Positions 23,149 through 32,500 of a DNA stretch of 64,000 bases are shown here, piece by piece. This stretch comes from an uncultured Verrucomicrobiae bacterium (GTDB lineage: Bacteria; Verrucomicrobiota; Verrucomicrobiia; Chthoniobacterales; Terrimicrobiaceae), in the NCBI GenBank assembly GCA_963706955.1, contig CAVPOC010000010.1:160001-224000 (forward strand), read 5' to 3'. A program made the position numbers and the translations under genes. Positions within the stretch are counted from its first letter, which is position 1, and each line of letters opens with the position of its first letter. A model generated the notes under the pieces. That model saw nothing but the letters and a program-made list of their open reading frames with translations, ran no database searches and was not told the DNA's origin.

Positions 23149-25197
23149 GTGAAACGCAACCGATCGGTCACAAGAACTGCGCGCCCACGGAAGCGGGCGT
23201 CAGATCCAGCACCCGCCGCGCCTATCAGAGAAGGGCAGCAATTGGAGGAAGATCGATTGCTGGCCGAACTCGAGACGCTTCGTGAAGCCCAAATTGAAAT
23301 CGAGCATTCCCAGCAACTTTACGCTGAGCTTTTCGATTCCGCTCCGGTGGGATATTTCAATCTGACGGCTGAGGGAGGCATCCAAAACGCCAATCTCGCG
23401 GCGTGCGCCCTGCTGGGACGCGAACGCAAGCGGATCGTCGGGAAACCTTTCTACATCTTTGTCGCTTCCCGCGATATGCAAACGTTCACCGATCATCTTC
23501 GGCGATGCGGAGCCGCAGAGGTTGGCGAAACGGCAAGCGAGCTGCGCTTGCATGCGAGTGGAACGGAACCGCGTTATGTCGAGTTGCTGTCCCGCCGTTC
23601 GTCACTCTTTGGGACGACCGAAACGATCTACCGAACCGTGGTGCGGGACATCACTGACCGCAGAAAAGCTGAAAATGCCCTTCGTGAAAGCGAAGAACGC
23701 ACGCGGGTGTTGAGCGCGAACCTGCCCGGAGGCGCCGTTTTCGTCCTCGATCGCAATTTACGGTGCCTGCTTGCCGGCGGCGAAGCACTGGAAAGCCTCG
23801 GCGTCAATCCGCAAGATCTTGTTGGCCGGAGAATGGAGGATGCGAAGCCAGAGCTGGCGGAGGTCTACACGCCGTTCTTCCGGCAACTGCTCAAAGGCGA
23901 GCCCTCCTATCGCGAACACATGATTAAAGGGCGGACGTTCCTCTCCCGCGGAGTGCCACTGCGAGATGCAGCCTCAACGGTTTATGCGGCCCTGGCGGTC
24001 TCCTATGATATTACAGAGCGCAAACACGCTGAACACGCCTTGCAAAAGAGTGAGGAGACTCTGCGCTTGATGATGGAAAGCGCTCACGAGTATGCCATTT
24101 TCACCACCGATTTGGAAATGCGAGTGACAACTTGGAATTCCGGCGCGGAGCGCCTGCTCGGCTTCACAGAACGAGAAATCGTTGGGTCATCCGCCGACGT
24201 GATTTTTACGCCCGAGGACCGGGCGGCAAATCGTCCTGAATTGGAAAGAGAACAAGCGCTTGCCGAAGGCAAAGCCAGCGACGAGCGCTGGCACTTGCGA
24301 AAGAATGGCACGCGTTTCTGGAGCAACGGTTTTCTCATGCCCATGCACGACGCAAATGGGAACTCGGTCGGTTTTGTGAAGATTCTCCGTGACGAGACCG
24401 AAACCCGCCAGGCGCAAGAAGCGCTCGAGCGGAGCCGGCAACAGCTGGTCGATGCGCTCAAAGAAAAGGATCGGGCGTGGAAAGAGGCCGAGACAGCATC
24501 AAAAGCAAAGGATCACTTTGTGGCGGTCCTTTCGCACGAGCTGCGGACCCCACTCACGCCGGTTCTCCTGGTGGCAGAGATGCTTTCGCGCCGTTCGGAC
24601 TTGCCTGCCGACGTGCAACAGGCGCTAGAGATGATCGCGAACAACGTTCAGATCGAGGCGCGCTTTATTGACGATCTTTTGGACATGACCCGCCTTGCCC
24701 GAGGTAAACTCGAGATTGCGCGCGAGGAGGTCGATGTTCACGAAGTCGTCAGGCAGGCAGTCGATGTGTCCCGCGGCGACATCGAGTCGAAAAGCCAGAA
24801 GCTTATCATCTCACTGCGGGCGAAGCAACACAGGGTCACCGGCGACCGGACCCGCCTTCAACAGGTTTTCTGGAACATACTCAAGAACGCTTCCAAGTTT
24901 ACTCCGAAAGGCGGGGAAATCCGCATTCAATCTCGAAACAAAGCTAAACGCATTGTCGCGATTTTTTCTGACAACGGGATTGGCATTGATCCTCAGACTT
25001 TACCTCTCATCTTCAATTCGTTTACGCAGGGAAGTAAGGAAGTTACCAAGGAATTCGGCGGACTTGGACTTGGTTTGGCCATCTCGCAGGCTACCGTTGA
25101 TGCGCACCAGGGAAGCCTGCGTGCGCAAAGTCGCGGGCCTGACAAGGGCGCCACCTTCATCGTCGAGTTGCCGCTTCGATCCGGCGGAAATACATGA
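23149..25197 (+). CDS. Cytoplasmic multi-PAS sensor histidine kinase
   Basis: Three PAS/PAC units (DITDRRKAE, DITERKHAE, KILRDETE), H-box [10 protein letters not shown]-box NILKNASKFT, DNGIGI and GGLGLGL. No TM segments. Confidence 0.93.
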   Translation: MKRNRSVTRTARPRKRASDPAPAAPIREGQQLEEDRLLAELETLREAQIEIEHSQQLYAELFDSAPVGYFNLTAEGGIQNANLAACALLGRERKRIVGKPFYIFVASRDMQTFTDHLRRCGAAEVGETASELRLHASGTEPRYVELLSRRSSLFGTTETIYRTVVRDITDRRKAENALRESEERTRVLSANLPGGAVFVLDRNLRCLLAGGEALESLGVNPQDLVGRRMEDAKPELAEVYTPFFRQLLKGEPSYREHMIKGRTFLSRGVPLRDAASTVYAALAVSYDITERKHAEHALQKSEETLRLMMESAHEYAIFTTDLEMRVTTWNSGAERLLGFTEREIVGSSADVIFTPEDRAANRPELEREQALAEGKASDERWHLRKNGTRFWSNGFLMPMHDANGNSVGFVKILRDETETRQAQEALERSRQQLVDALKEKDRAWKEAETASKAKDHFVAVLSHELRTPLTPVLLVAEMLSRRSDLPADVQQALEMIANNVQIEARFIDDLLDMTRLARGKLEIAREEVDVHEVVRQAVDVSRGDIESKSQKLIISLRAKQHRVTGDRTRLQQVFWNILKNASKFTPKGGEIRIQSRNKAKRIVAIFSDNGIGIDPQTLPLIFNSFTQGSKEVTKEFGGLGLGLAISQATVDAHQGSLRAQSRGPDKGATFIVELPLRSGGNT

Positions 25198-25336
25198 GTC
25201 GTCGTCGCACCAGTTTGTGTATCGGTGATTCCACGCCCGCAGGCTACGCGCCCGCGCCGCGGGCCGGTTCCCCTCGCCGACGGAGGTCATAGACAACCAT
25301 TTCCCCGCTTCCTCGCGAATACTTGAGAAGGTTGAT

Positions 25337-25618
25337 ATGAAACTGCTAAAAAAGAAGACCCGAAAGGCGATCCGAAAAATCGTCCGTAAGGCCATAAATA
25401 AGCACGGTCCCGAAATCGCGGGGCACATTGCCACGGGCGGCCTCGCCGGGCTTGCTGCTCTCTTGGCTGCCGATCCGAAAAAAGGTAAGAAGCTGAAGAA
25501 ACTCGCGGCTGCGGTGCGCGACAATCCGGCGGTCGAGGCGATCACGGACAAGCTGTCCGGCGGCGATGCCGAGGACAAGGAGAAGGAAAACACCCCAAAA
25601 TCACGGACGGACGATTAG
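25337..25618 (+). CDS. Small Lys-rich hypothetical protein with a short hydrophobic Gly/Ala segment
   Basis: GAGAAGG upstream of the ATG; charged, low-complexity sequence around ATGGLAGLAALLAA. Confidence 0.6.
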   Translation: MKLLKKKTRKAIRKIVRKAINKHGPEIAGHIATGGLAGLAALLAADPKKGKKLKKLAAAVRDNPAVEAITDKLSGGDAEDKEKENTPKSRTDD

Positions 25619-25677
25619 CTCCTCCCGCCTCTCTTCAAGCGCCAGACCGGTGGGGAATCGTCCGTTACATCAAGGAC

Positions 25678-26025
25678 ATGGCGCTAGCCTCCGTGGCCCG
25701 AGCCGCCGCGAACACGCAGCTCGAGGGCATTGCGAATATCACGGAAATCCACCTGGATTCAGAGAACCACCTGTTCCAACTTAGCGGTCATCTCCTCGGC
25801 GCCCGCGATGAGATTCGCCTTACTATCCACGACTATCGCCTTGAAGTGTTGGACGATTGCGCACTTGTCACAATTTCCAGTGTCGCTGCCTCGCCTCAGT
25901 GGGTCGCCGGTCTCATGAATCGTTACGTGCGCGGCAAAGCAATTCGAATTCCTATTTCCAATGACTCCCAGACAAAAAAGGCCCTCCAATCGGCGCTCTT
26001 TCGGCTGTTAAGATCCTTCGTGTGA
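25678..26025 (+). CDS. Hypothetical protein
   Basis: AAGGAC directly before the ATG; globular-looking 115-aa sequence with no recognised family. Confidence 0.5.
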   Translation: MALASVARAAANTQLEGIANITEIHLDSENHLFQLSGHLLGARDEIRLTIHDYRLEVLDDCALVTISSVAASPQWVAGLMNRYVRGKAIRIPISNDSQTKKALQSALFRLLRSFV

Positions 26026-26143
26026 GTCGGCGCAGCGGACTATACCGCGCTTCGCAAGGATGCGCTTGGTTACAGTACTTCACGTTCCAGCTATGCTGTT
26101 CGCCGCTAGGCGCGCCTAGTATCCGCGGTCGGTCAAACAAGCA

Positions 26144-26225
26144 ATTGTAGCGACGATGTCCGCATCGTCGAGTACTTGTCTCCGTCGTCGAGAGTTCCCG
26201 GCGGTGGGGACACCGCCGCTACAAT
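26144..26225. repeat. GTAG-type REP doublet
   Basis: ATTGTAGCGACGATGTCCGCATCGTCG ... CGGCGGTGGGGACACCGCCGCTACAAT. Confidence 0.85.
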
Positions 26226-26235
26226 GCCCGGTGGC

Positions 26236-26481
26236 TTAGTTCCCGGTGCGATCGCTGCCCAGCTGCTTAACAAGCTTGTTGTATAGGCCCAGGATCAGGA
26301 AGGTGGGCGCCCACTGGCCAACAAATAGTGAGTGATGGTCATCACCAAGCACCTTCATCGTAAGGGATACTAGAATCGATCCCAGGGCAGCCCAGAGGAA
26401 AATATCAGAGGGTAACTTAGCGGTTTGTTGTTCCAATGCGCGTGCGACGGGTCCTTCAGAATGTTCTATGGCTTCTCTCAT
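26236..26481 (-). CDS. Small conserved membrane protein of stress-gene clusters
   Basis: EGPVARALEQQTAKLPSDIFLWAA..LFVGQWAPTFLILGLYNKLVK, with two short TM segments. Confidence 0.8.
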   Translation of the reverse strand: MREAIEHSEGPVARALEQQTAKLPSDIFLWAALGSILVSLTMKVLGDDHHSLFVGQWAPTFLILGLYNKLVKQLGSDRTGN

Positions 26482-26589
26482 GGTGATGTGTTTCGAATGC
26501 GAAGCAATGGGCGGTTGCCTCTGTGGTTGCTGTTCAAGGGATATTTACGCCTAGGCTGGCGCCTCGGATGCGCGGACTGTCGATGACCT

Positions 26590-27060
26590 CTAAATTTCGC
26601 GCTCGGGCGTGCGACTGCTCTCTTCCGTTTGATGAACTCCGACACCCAGGCGGAAGACCAATTCCCCTCCCAGCCATCCTCCGAGGATTGCAACAAACAA
26701 ACCGATAACAGCTACGGAAGTTGCAAACGGGCTCGGACGGCTCGGATCGCCGACACGCAAGAGCAAACTCGCCAGAAACACCACCATCGCGACGACATTC
26801 GTCAACCCGTGAATAGCCCCGACGCGGCGCGCTTTGGTCCCTCCGGGCAAACACTTCCAATCCATAAATCCGACAATGCCCGCCACCAATCCGCTAAGCA
26901 CACCAGCAACCATCAGCCAAAACGAAACAGTGCCCCAGGTAGGATCGTCAAGAATGTGGTGGAAAAGGTCTGCAAAGACGGAGGCCGGTAGTAACCCGAG
27001 TGGTAACACGATGATCATCGGATGAACCGGATGACCGTAAATCGTGACCTTGCTCTCCAT
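26590..27060 (-). CDS. DUF2231 family membrane protein
   Basis: Motifs GHPVHPMIIVLPLG, GFMDW, HGLTN and GGWLGGELVFRLGVGV. Start placed at ATG 27060. Confidence 0.88.
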   Translation of the reverse strand: MESKVTIYGHPVHPMIIVLPLGLLPASVFADLFHHILDDPTWGTVSFWLMVAGVLSGLVAGIVGFMDWKCLPGGTKARRVGAIHGLTNVVAMVVFLASLLLRVGDPSRPSPFATSVAVIGLFVAILGGWLGGELVFRLGVGVHQTEESSRTPEREI

Positions 27061-27353
27061 CGCGCACGAATTGTTCGGGCGCGCCTCAGCCAGCGGACGT
27101 GTCGGCACAACGCTCAGCGCGCCCCAATCCTCGTGACGATCGCGAACGCCTTCGGAAACCACTTCGTTTCGGTGGCGATAATCGATGCAACCAAATCTGG
27201 ATGCGGTAACGATGAAGGGAGTGTTTCGCGATCATGACTCTCCTTAGCGTCGCTTAACTTGTTCGGCGCTTCCCGGAAACACGCACCTTCGCAAATGCCC
27301 AACTTCGGGCAAAACTGCGTCGCCGCCGGGAACCCCTCCTCACTCTAAACAAA

Positions 27354-28100
27354 ATGAATACGAACATTCTTATCGTCGTCTGGGCTGATGCGCCCTCGGA
27401 AGTGCTAGCCATCCATGCACAGGAGACCAATGGAGATGAACTCGGCGGCCCACGGACGGGCAAGACCAAGGCACTCGAAGCAGGCGCAGAGCTGCTGCAG
27501 AGCGAGGCACCTCTGCGTTCGATCCACGCACATGTCTGTGGCTTTCATTTCTACAATGGCGAACCACAGCGGCAGGTTATCGCCCACCACTATTGCTCCC
27601 ATCGCGGCGAGGAGTTTCTGCAGTGTGTGATCTACGACTCAGACAAGCCCAACGCTCGGCTCATCGGAATTGAATACATCATCAGTGAAAAGCTGTTTCG
27701 GACGCTTCCGGAGGAGGAGAAAAAATTTTGGCACAGCCACGTCTATGAGGTGAAGTCCGGTTCACTGATCGCCCCACGGCTGCCAGACCTCGCAGAGAAT
27801 GAACTGATGAAACAGCTGATCGGAACCTATGGTAAGACGTGGCACACCTGGCAGGTGGATCGGGGGGATCAACTACCACTCGGTATTCCCCAGCTCATGA
27901 TGGGTTTCACGGCAGACGGGCAGGCCAACCCTCAGATGGTGGCTGACCGTGACAAGGGCTATGGGATTTCCTCGGATGAAAAGAAAGAAGCTCGCGCCGA
28001 GATCGCCGCGCCACCGATTCAGCCCGGCGCCGACGCCTGGCAGAAGGGCGAGATCATCCAACTCGAGCCAAAGATGATCGCTCCGGCGACACAACAATAA
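27354..28100 (+). CDS. OBAP/DUF1264 family (oil-body-associated protein-like)
   Basis: Motifs CGFHFY, AHHYC, QCVIYD, RLIGIEYII, WHSHVYEVKSG, TYGKTWHTWQVDRGD and PLG.PQLMMGFT. Confidence 0.88.
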   Translation: MNTNILIVVWADAPSEVLAIHAQETNGDELGGPRTGKTKALEAGAELLQSEAPLRSIHAHVCGFHFYNGEPQRQVIAHHYCSHRGEEFLQCVIYDSDKPNARLIGIEYIISEKLFRTLPEEEKKFWHSHVYEVKSGSLIAPRLPDLAENELMKQLIGTYGKTWHTWQVDRGDQLPLGIPQLMMGFTADGQANPQMVADRDKGYGISSDEKKEARAEIAAPPIQPGADAWQKGEIIQLEPKMIAPATQQ

Positions 28101-28516
28101 TACGAGTCGCAGATGGTGCCCTCTCGGCCATAAACACGACGCATCGGGCGTGATACTCTCGCGATCAGCCCACTAAGCAAATCAGCCCGGATTGTCACGG
28201 GCTGAAAGACTCGGTCGATTTGAGACCGACGGTCCGGCTCTACGACGAATTTGGGGATAAGGGCATTTCAGATTTCCCGATGCTCGGATTGCACACGCTC
28301 CGTCGCCGCGTCAATGACGGAAGCTACTGGCAAGCACGCTGCCTTATCGAAGGATTAAGAAACTGCGGTTTAAACACCATCACCCTCGACGAGTTCCGTG
28401 TGCCACTTCCGGCACTCGTCGGAAAACCTTATTTGGCGGGACGCCGAATACCACACGCGGGGGCGCGTATGCTTCCCAGAATGCTCGAGCATCTCCAATG
28501 ACATCTGAGTTTCGCC

Positions 28517-28531
28517 TCAGGCATTTCCTTA
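28517..28531. promoter_or_regulatory. Candidate palindromic regulator site TCAGG-CATTT-CCTTA
   Basis: About 48 bp upstream of the ferritin-like gene ATG; matches the sites at 30415 and 33620. Confidence 0.4.
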
Positions 28532-28578
28532 CCCTCAGAGCGGCGAGGCTAACGATTATCTCGAAAACACACTCACTA

Positions 28579-29097
28579 ATGGGATTATTTGCTAAACGAT
28601 TCGAAACCTTGCGGGATCTCTACGTGAATGAGCTTCACGACTTGCACAGTGCGGAATTACAGCTAACTACCGCCCTTCCTAAAATGGCGGAGGCCGCTAC
28701 CTCGTCGCAGCTTAAGAACGCACTGACAAATCACCTGGAAGAGACTCGTGGGCACGTCCGCAGATTGGAGCAAATTTTTAATGCCCTCGGTGAAAAGCCG
28801 AGCGGCAAGACCTGCGAAGCGATGGAGGGCCTGATTGCCGAAGGGGAGAGTTACGTCAAAGCGTCCGGCGACGATAGTGTGAGGGATGCTGGGCTAATCG
28901 GCGCGGCCCAGCGCGTCGAACATTATGAAATCGCCGGATATGGCACCGCCCGCAGCTTAGCTAATCGGCTCGGCGAGAAGAACGCGGCCGATTTGCTGCA
29001 GAGAACATTGGAGGAAGAGGGCGACGCTGATCATAAGCTCACCGAAATCGCCGAAGCAGAAGTCAACGTTGCGGCTTCCACCTCGAAAGCTGCGTGA
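28579..29097 (+). CDS. yciF: DUF892 ferritin-like protein (YciF-like)
   Basis: Motifs ELHDLHSAELQ, HLEETRGHV.RL, CEAMEGL, AAQRVEHYEIAGYG and TLEEE..ADHKLT. Confidence 0.92.
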   Translation: MGLFAKRFETLRDLYVNELHDLHSAELQLTTALPKMAEAATSSQLKNALTNHLEETRGHVRRLEQIFNALGEKPSGKTCEAMEGLIAEGESYVKASGDDSVRDAGLIGAAQRVEHYEIAGYGTARSLANRLGEKNAADLLQRTLEEEGDADHKLTEIAEAEVNVAASTSKAA

Positions 29098-29456
29098 TTC
29101 AGAATTTCTGACGAACATTACTTTGCCATTGGAAGTGTCGTCAGAAGACAAAGGTCGGCGCGGGCAAAGCCGCGCCGACCTGGATTTTTACTGCAGGGCC
29201 CATTTTCCCCTTCTATTGCGCCCGTGTCCCCAGGGCGTGAGCGGCCTCGGCGCTGAGACGCCGCCGCTGATGCGGTCTTCAAAGTTATTCATGAGCGGGG
29301 CCGGCACGGTCAACTGTCGCGATCCCAGCGAGGATTATCTGTAGAACACCGGCCGGTTCTAGCGCGTCTGTCCGAAGGTCTACAGAGCAGACTTTCTCGG
29401 TGGCGGGCCCGCCCCGCAAACGCTGGCGCGGGGCGCCGCGACAACTCCCTCCGGTC

Positions 29457-29970
29457 TTACAGCTCTGAGACTACGCTGACGTCCTCCAGGTTATTTCTCT
29501 TCATGATCTCCCGCGAGAGTGTCGGCCGCCTCGTTATCTTCAACGTGAACGGCCATCAAATAGCCTCCCTCTTTGAGCCTTTCCTCATAGACTTTGGCCT
29601 CGGACTCCGGGATACCAAAACCGACAAGCGCGCCGACCAGGCCGCCAGCAGTAGCCCCCGCTGCCGTCCCGCCAAGCGCTGCAATGATGGGACCCGCTGC
29701 GATCAATGGGCCGAGGCCAGGGATGGCAAGTGCTCCCAATCCGGCGAGCAAACCGATGGTCCCTCCAATGACGCCGCCAGTAACCGCGCCGGCACTGGCC
29801 CCTTCTGGAGCTTGAGTGGCTTTTTCGGCACCGACCGCTGGCTCGCCACTCGCTTCCGGCATGACCACAGAGATCTCGCTCACCGGGATGAGAGCCTCCT
29901 CCTGCAGTTCGTCGATCGTTCGTTCAACTTGAAGATTGGATCTTGCAATTCCGACAATTGATTTAGCCAT
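29457..29970 (-). CDS. General stress protein (YflT/17M-like) with a glycine-zipper membrane segment; frameshift near 29515
   Basis: GASAGAVTGGVIGG..LAGLGALAIPGLGPLIAAGP..GIPESEAKVYEERLKEG. Removing one base gives the family-like C-terminus REIMKRNNLEDVSVVSEL*. Confidence 0.8.
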
Positions 29971-30137
29971 AAGATGTTGTTTGTTAGGAATTTTTGACCT
30001 CAAGTTGCTTCGCAAATCGCGCGATGCCTGCATGACGCATAGGCTTCAATAGCGGTCTTCTTTTGTTGGCTTTCCACCGACTATCAGCTTCAGAAGAGGT
30101 CTACTTCGGGGACCTTCGCACGCGAGGAAATGCGAGA

Positions 30138-30353
30138 CTATTGAATGTCCAGTCGGAGCACCGTCCCCGGAGGGTTTGAAATTACGGAGACGGAAGTTAA
30201 GGTTCCATCGGCCAGATGAACTCGAGCCAAGCCCGAAGAGGTGAGCGCGACAACTTCGCCTTCCCGCCCCTCTCCCTCACCAACTAACAACAAGCGATCG
30301 CCGAGCTTAAGACTGGTCTGGGGGACGGTCCAGTTCTTCGGCGTAAAGTTCAT
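30138..30353 (-). CDS. Small hypothetical protein (possibly SH3/KOW-like beta fold)
   Basis: LKLGDRLLLVG..REGEVV..ARVHLADG pattern only; no family recognised. Confidence 0.4.
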   Translation of the reverse strand: MNFTPKNWTVPQTSLKLGDRLLLVGEGEGREGEVVALTSSGLARVHLADGTLTSVSVISNPPGTVLRLDIQ

Positions 30354-30414
30354 TTGTATTAGCGTAATCGCCGCCGGCACCCATTTCTATCCCGCTAGTA
30401 TCCCTTATAGGCCA

Positions 30415-30431
30415 ATCAGGTAAAACCTGAT
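30415..30431. promoter_or_regulatory. Palindrome ATCAGG-TAAAA-CCTGAT with perfect 6-bp arms, candidate operator
   Basis: Lies in the divergent intergenic region, about 80 bp upstream of the SDR ATG (30512). Confidence 0.5.
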
Positions 30432-30511
30432 CTTAAACTGCAAGGTGGAGCTGAGACCGGCGCCGTGATTTGCACAGCCAGGGATGGCTCAATTCACGAA
30501 CTAGAGATTGC

Positions 30512-31387
30512 ATGAAAACGAAGGATCCAAGAACATTGCACAAACGCCCGCCTTACTCTTCGAAGACACAGAAGCCGCCAGGCAAAGAAGCGGAGATGAA
30601 GCCGACCGCTGATCATGGGGCGGAGAGCTACGAAGGAACGGGGCGACTGGAGGGCCATACTGCACTGATCACCGGCGCTGACAGCGGCATCGGTCGCGCG
30701 GTCGCATTGGCATTCGCACGCGAGGGAGCTGATGTTGGCATTTCTTACCTATCGGAAGAGGAAGATGCGCGCGAGACCGAACGCCTCGTGAAGGATGCAG
30801 GCTGCAAAGCCGTCCTCCTGCCCGGCGATATTGGGCAACCGAACATCTGCGAGGCGGTTGCTCGCGACGCCATCAAAGGTCTCGGTGGCGTGAGCATTCT
30901 CGTCAACAACGCTGCCTATCAGCGCAACTATGAGAAACTCGACGAGATCAGCGATGATGAGTTCGAGGAAGCTTATCGGGTGAACGTTTTTGCCATGTTT
31001 CGACTATGCAAGGCGATTCTGCCGCAAATGAAGGAAGGTGGATCAATTATCAACACCGCTTCAATTCAGTCCTTCGATCCAACGTCTGGGCTCATCGTCT
31101 ACGCCTCCACCAAGGCGGCCATCGCCAGCTTCACCCGCTCGCTTGCCGGTCTGGCCATGAAGCAGGGAGTTCGCGTCAACGCCGTCGCTCCGGGTCCAGT
31201 CTGGACTCCGCTGATCCCTTCGACTCTGCCAGCCGAACGTGCCAAGAACTTTGGCGCCGACACGGTCTTTGGTCGAGCCGCGCAACCTGTCGAGATGGCG
31301 CCCATTTTTGTATTCCTGGCAAGCGCCGAGGCCTCTTATGTAACCGGCGAGATCTACGGGGCGACCGGCGGTCAAATGCCGATTTGA
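30512..31387 (+). CDS. SDR oxidoreductase, YghA/YdaD (general stress protein 39)-like
   Basis: Motifs QKPPG..MKP.ADHGAESY.G.GRL, ITGADSGIG, NNAAYQ, YASTK and VAPGPVWTPLIP. Confidence 0.92.
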   Translation: MKTKDPRTLHKRPPYSSKTQKPPGKEAEMKPTADHGAESYEGTGRLEGHTALITGADSGIGRAVALAFAREGADVGISYLSEEEDARETERLVKDAGCKAVLLPGDIGQPNICEAVARDAIKGLGGVSILVNNAAYQRNYEKLDEISDDEFEEAYRVNVFAMFRLCKAILPQMKEGGSIINTASIQSFDPTSGLIVYASTKAAIASFTRSLAGLAMKQGVRVNAVAPGPVWTPLIPSTLPAERAKNFGADTVFGRAAQPVEMAPIFVFLASAEASYVTGEIYGATGGQMPI

Positions 31388-31510
31388 ACCGGAACGTCCT
31401 CGTTCAAAGGAAGCTCAGTCTTTCTCCGACCCGAGCGAAGGGGATGGACCCGCACGTCAACGGTGAAGTCGTGACGTCCACTCGAACCTCCACAAGCGAT
31501 GGCCGCATGA

Positions 31511-32089
31511 GTGCATTCGGCGACGGACATCGAAAAACAGTTTATTGCTTGGCTGAAGGATGCGTATTTCATGGAGACCAATTACGCGAAAGCGCTCGAA
31601 GAGCATCTCGGACCAGCCAAAGACTACCCAAGACTTTATCGATTGATTGATGAGCACCGTTGGGCAACCACGAGCCACGCGTATGAGGTTGGCTTGTGCT
31701 TGGAACGATTGAATTGGAACGTCAAGGACTTGAGCTACGATCGCTCGGCTTTGCGCCCGCCCTTTGAACAGTCTGCTTCGAACAGGCACGACACTGTCAT
31801 AAACAACCTCATCGTCGAATTGACCACCGAGCATTACGAGATTGCACGCTACATTGGGCTTATTACGGCCGCTACCAATGTCGGAGATCTTGTCACCGTC
31901 GAAGTCTGTGAAGCCATTCTCGAAGATGAAGAAGCGATGGCGGAGAAGCTCACTGTAGAGCTTCCGGAAATAACTTCCACCTACCTCGAGCTCTTGTTCT
32001 TAAGTGAACGCCGGAAGCTCATCGCCGCCAACCAATCTGAGTTCAGATCAATTAGGGCGCTGACCCGTTTCACGCCGGTAGCCGCATAG
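31511..32089 (+). CDS. DUF892 ferritin-like protein (YciE-like)
   Basis: Motifs WLKDAYFME, IDEH, CLERL, EHYEIARY..L.AA and CEAILEDEEAMA. Confidence 0.82.
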   Translation: MHSATDIEKQFIAWLKDAYFMETNYAKALEEHLGPAKDYPRLYRLIDEHRWATTSHAYEVGLCLERLNWNVKDLSYDRSALRPPFEQSASNRHDTVINNLIVELTTEHYEIARYIGLITAATNVGDLVTVEVCEAILEDEEAMAEKLTVELPEITSTYLELLFLSERRKLIAANQSEFRSIRALTRFTPVAA

Positions 32090-32236
32090 TCACCCTGAGA
32101 GACGGCAACAAACGACTCTCCCTCGGGAATCTTCCTATGCTGCCGCGAGCGCAGGGCAGCGTCTCTCCGGCAACTTCGGGCATCCAAGCCCCAGGCGCCA
32201 TTCGATGGCCTGGTAAGCTTGGTAAAAGACTAGTGT

Positions 32237-32500
32237 ATGCCGGATGTGGGACTTACTAGCGCAACTAAACCACTGCCTCAAGCTGCGAAGGTGGTTATCA
32301 AGTATTCTGTGCAGGTAGAAGGTTTACCCGTTTGCCAGGAACCCTACGACCTGGACAAGTTGGCTGCTGAGCTCTCGGTCGACGGCTCGAAATTTAAGGA
32401 ACTGTGGTTGAAGCGCGGAGAATGCGTCGTGCGGGCGCGTGACCAGCATGCCTTCTCAGCGTCATTGACCGGTTGCCTGGCGGACGCGCTGAAGCAATGA
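32237..32500 (+). CDS. Hypothetical protein
   Basis: Its stop overlaps the ATG of the next gene (ATGA), consistent with translational coupling. Confidence 0.5.
   Translation: MPDVGLTSATKPLPQAAKVVIKYSVQVEGLPVCQEPYDLDKLAAELSVDGSKFKELWLKRGECVVRARDQHAFSASLTGCLADALKQ

Noticed and set aside
28220..28501. 93-aa ORF upstream of the YciF-like gene
   Set aside because: TTG start, no RBS, no motif; likely regulatory DNA.
26500..30475. Sigma54-like GG..TTGC promoters near 26510, 30020 and 30460
   Set aside because: GG-to-GC spacing is 11-13 nt rather than the required 10, so they are not supportable (indel errors could blur this).
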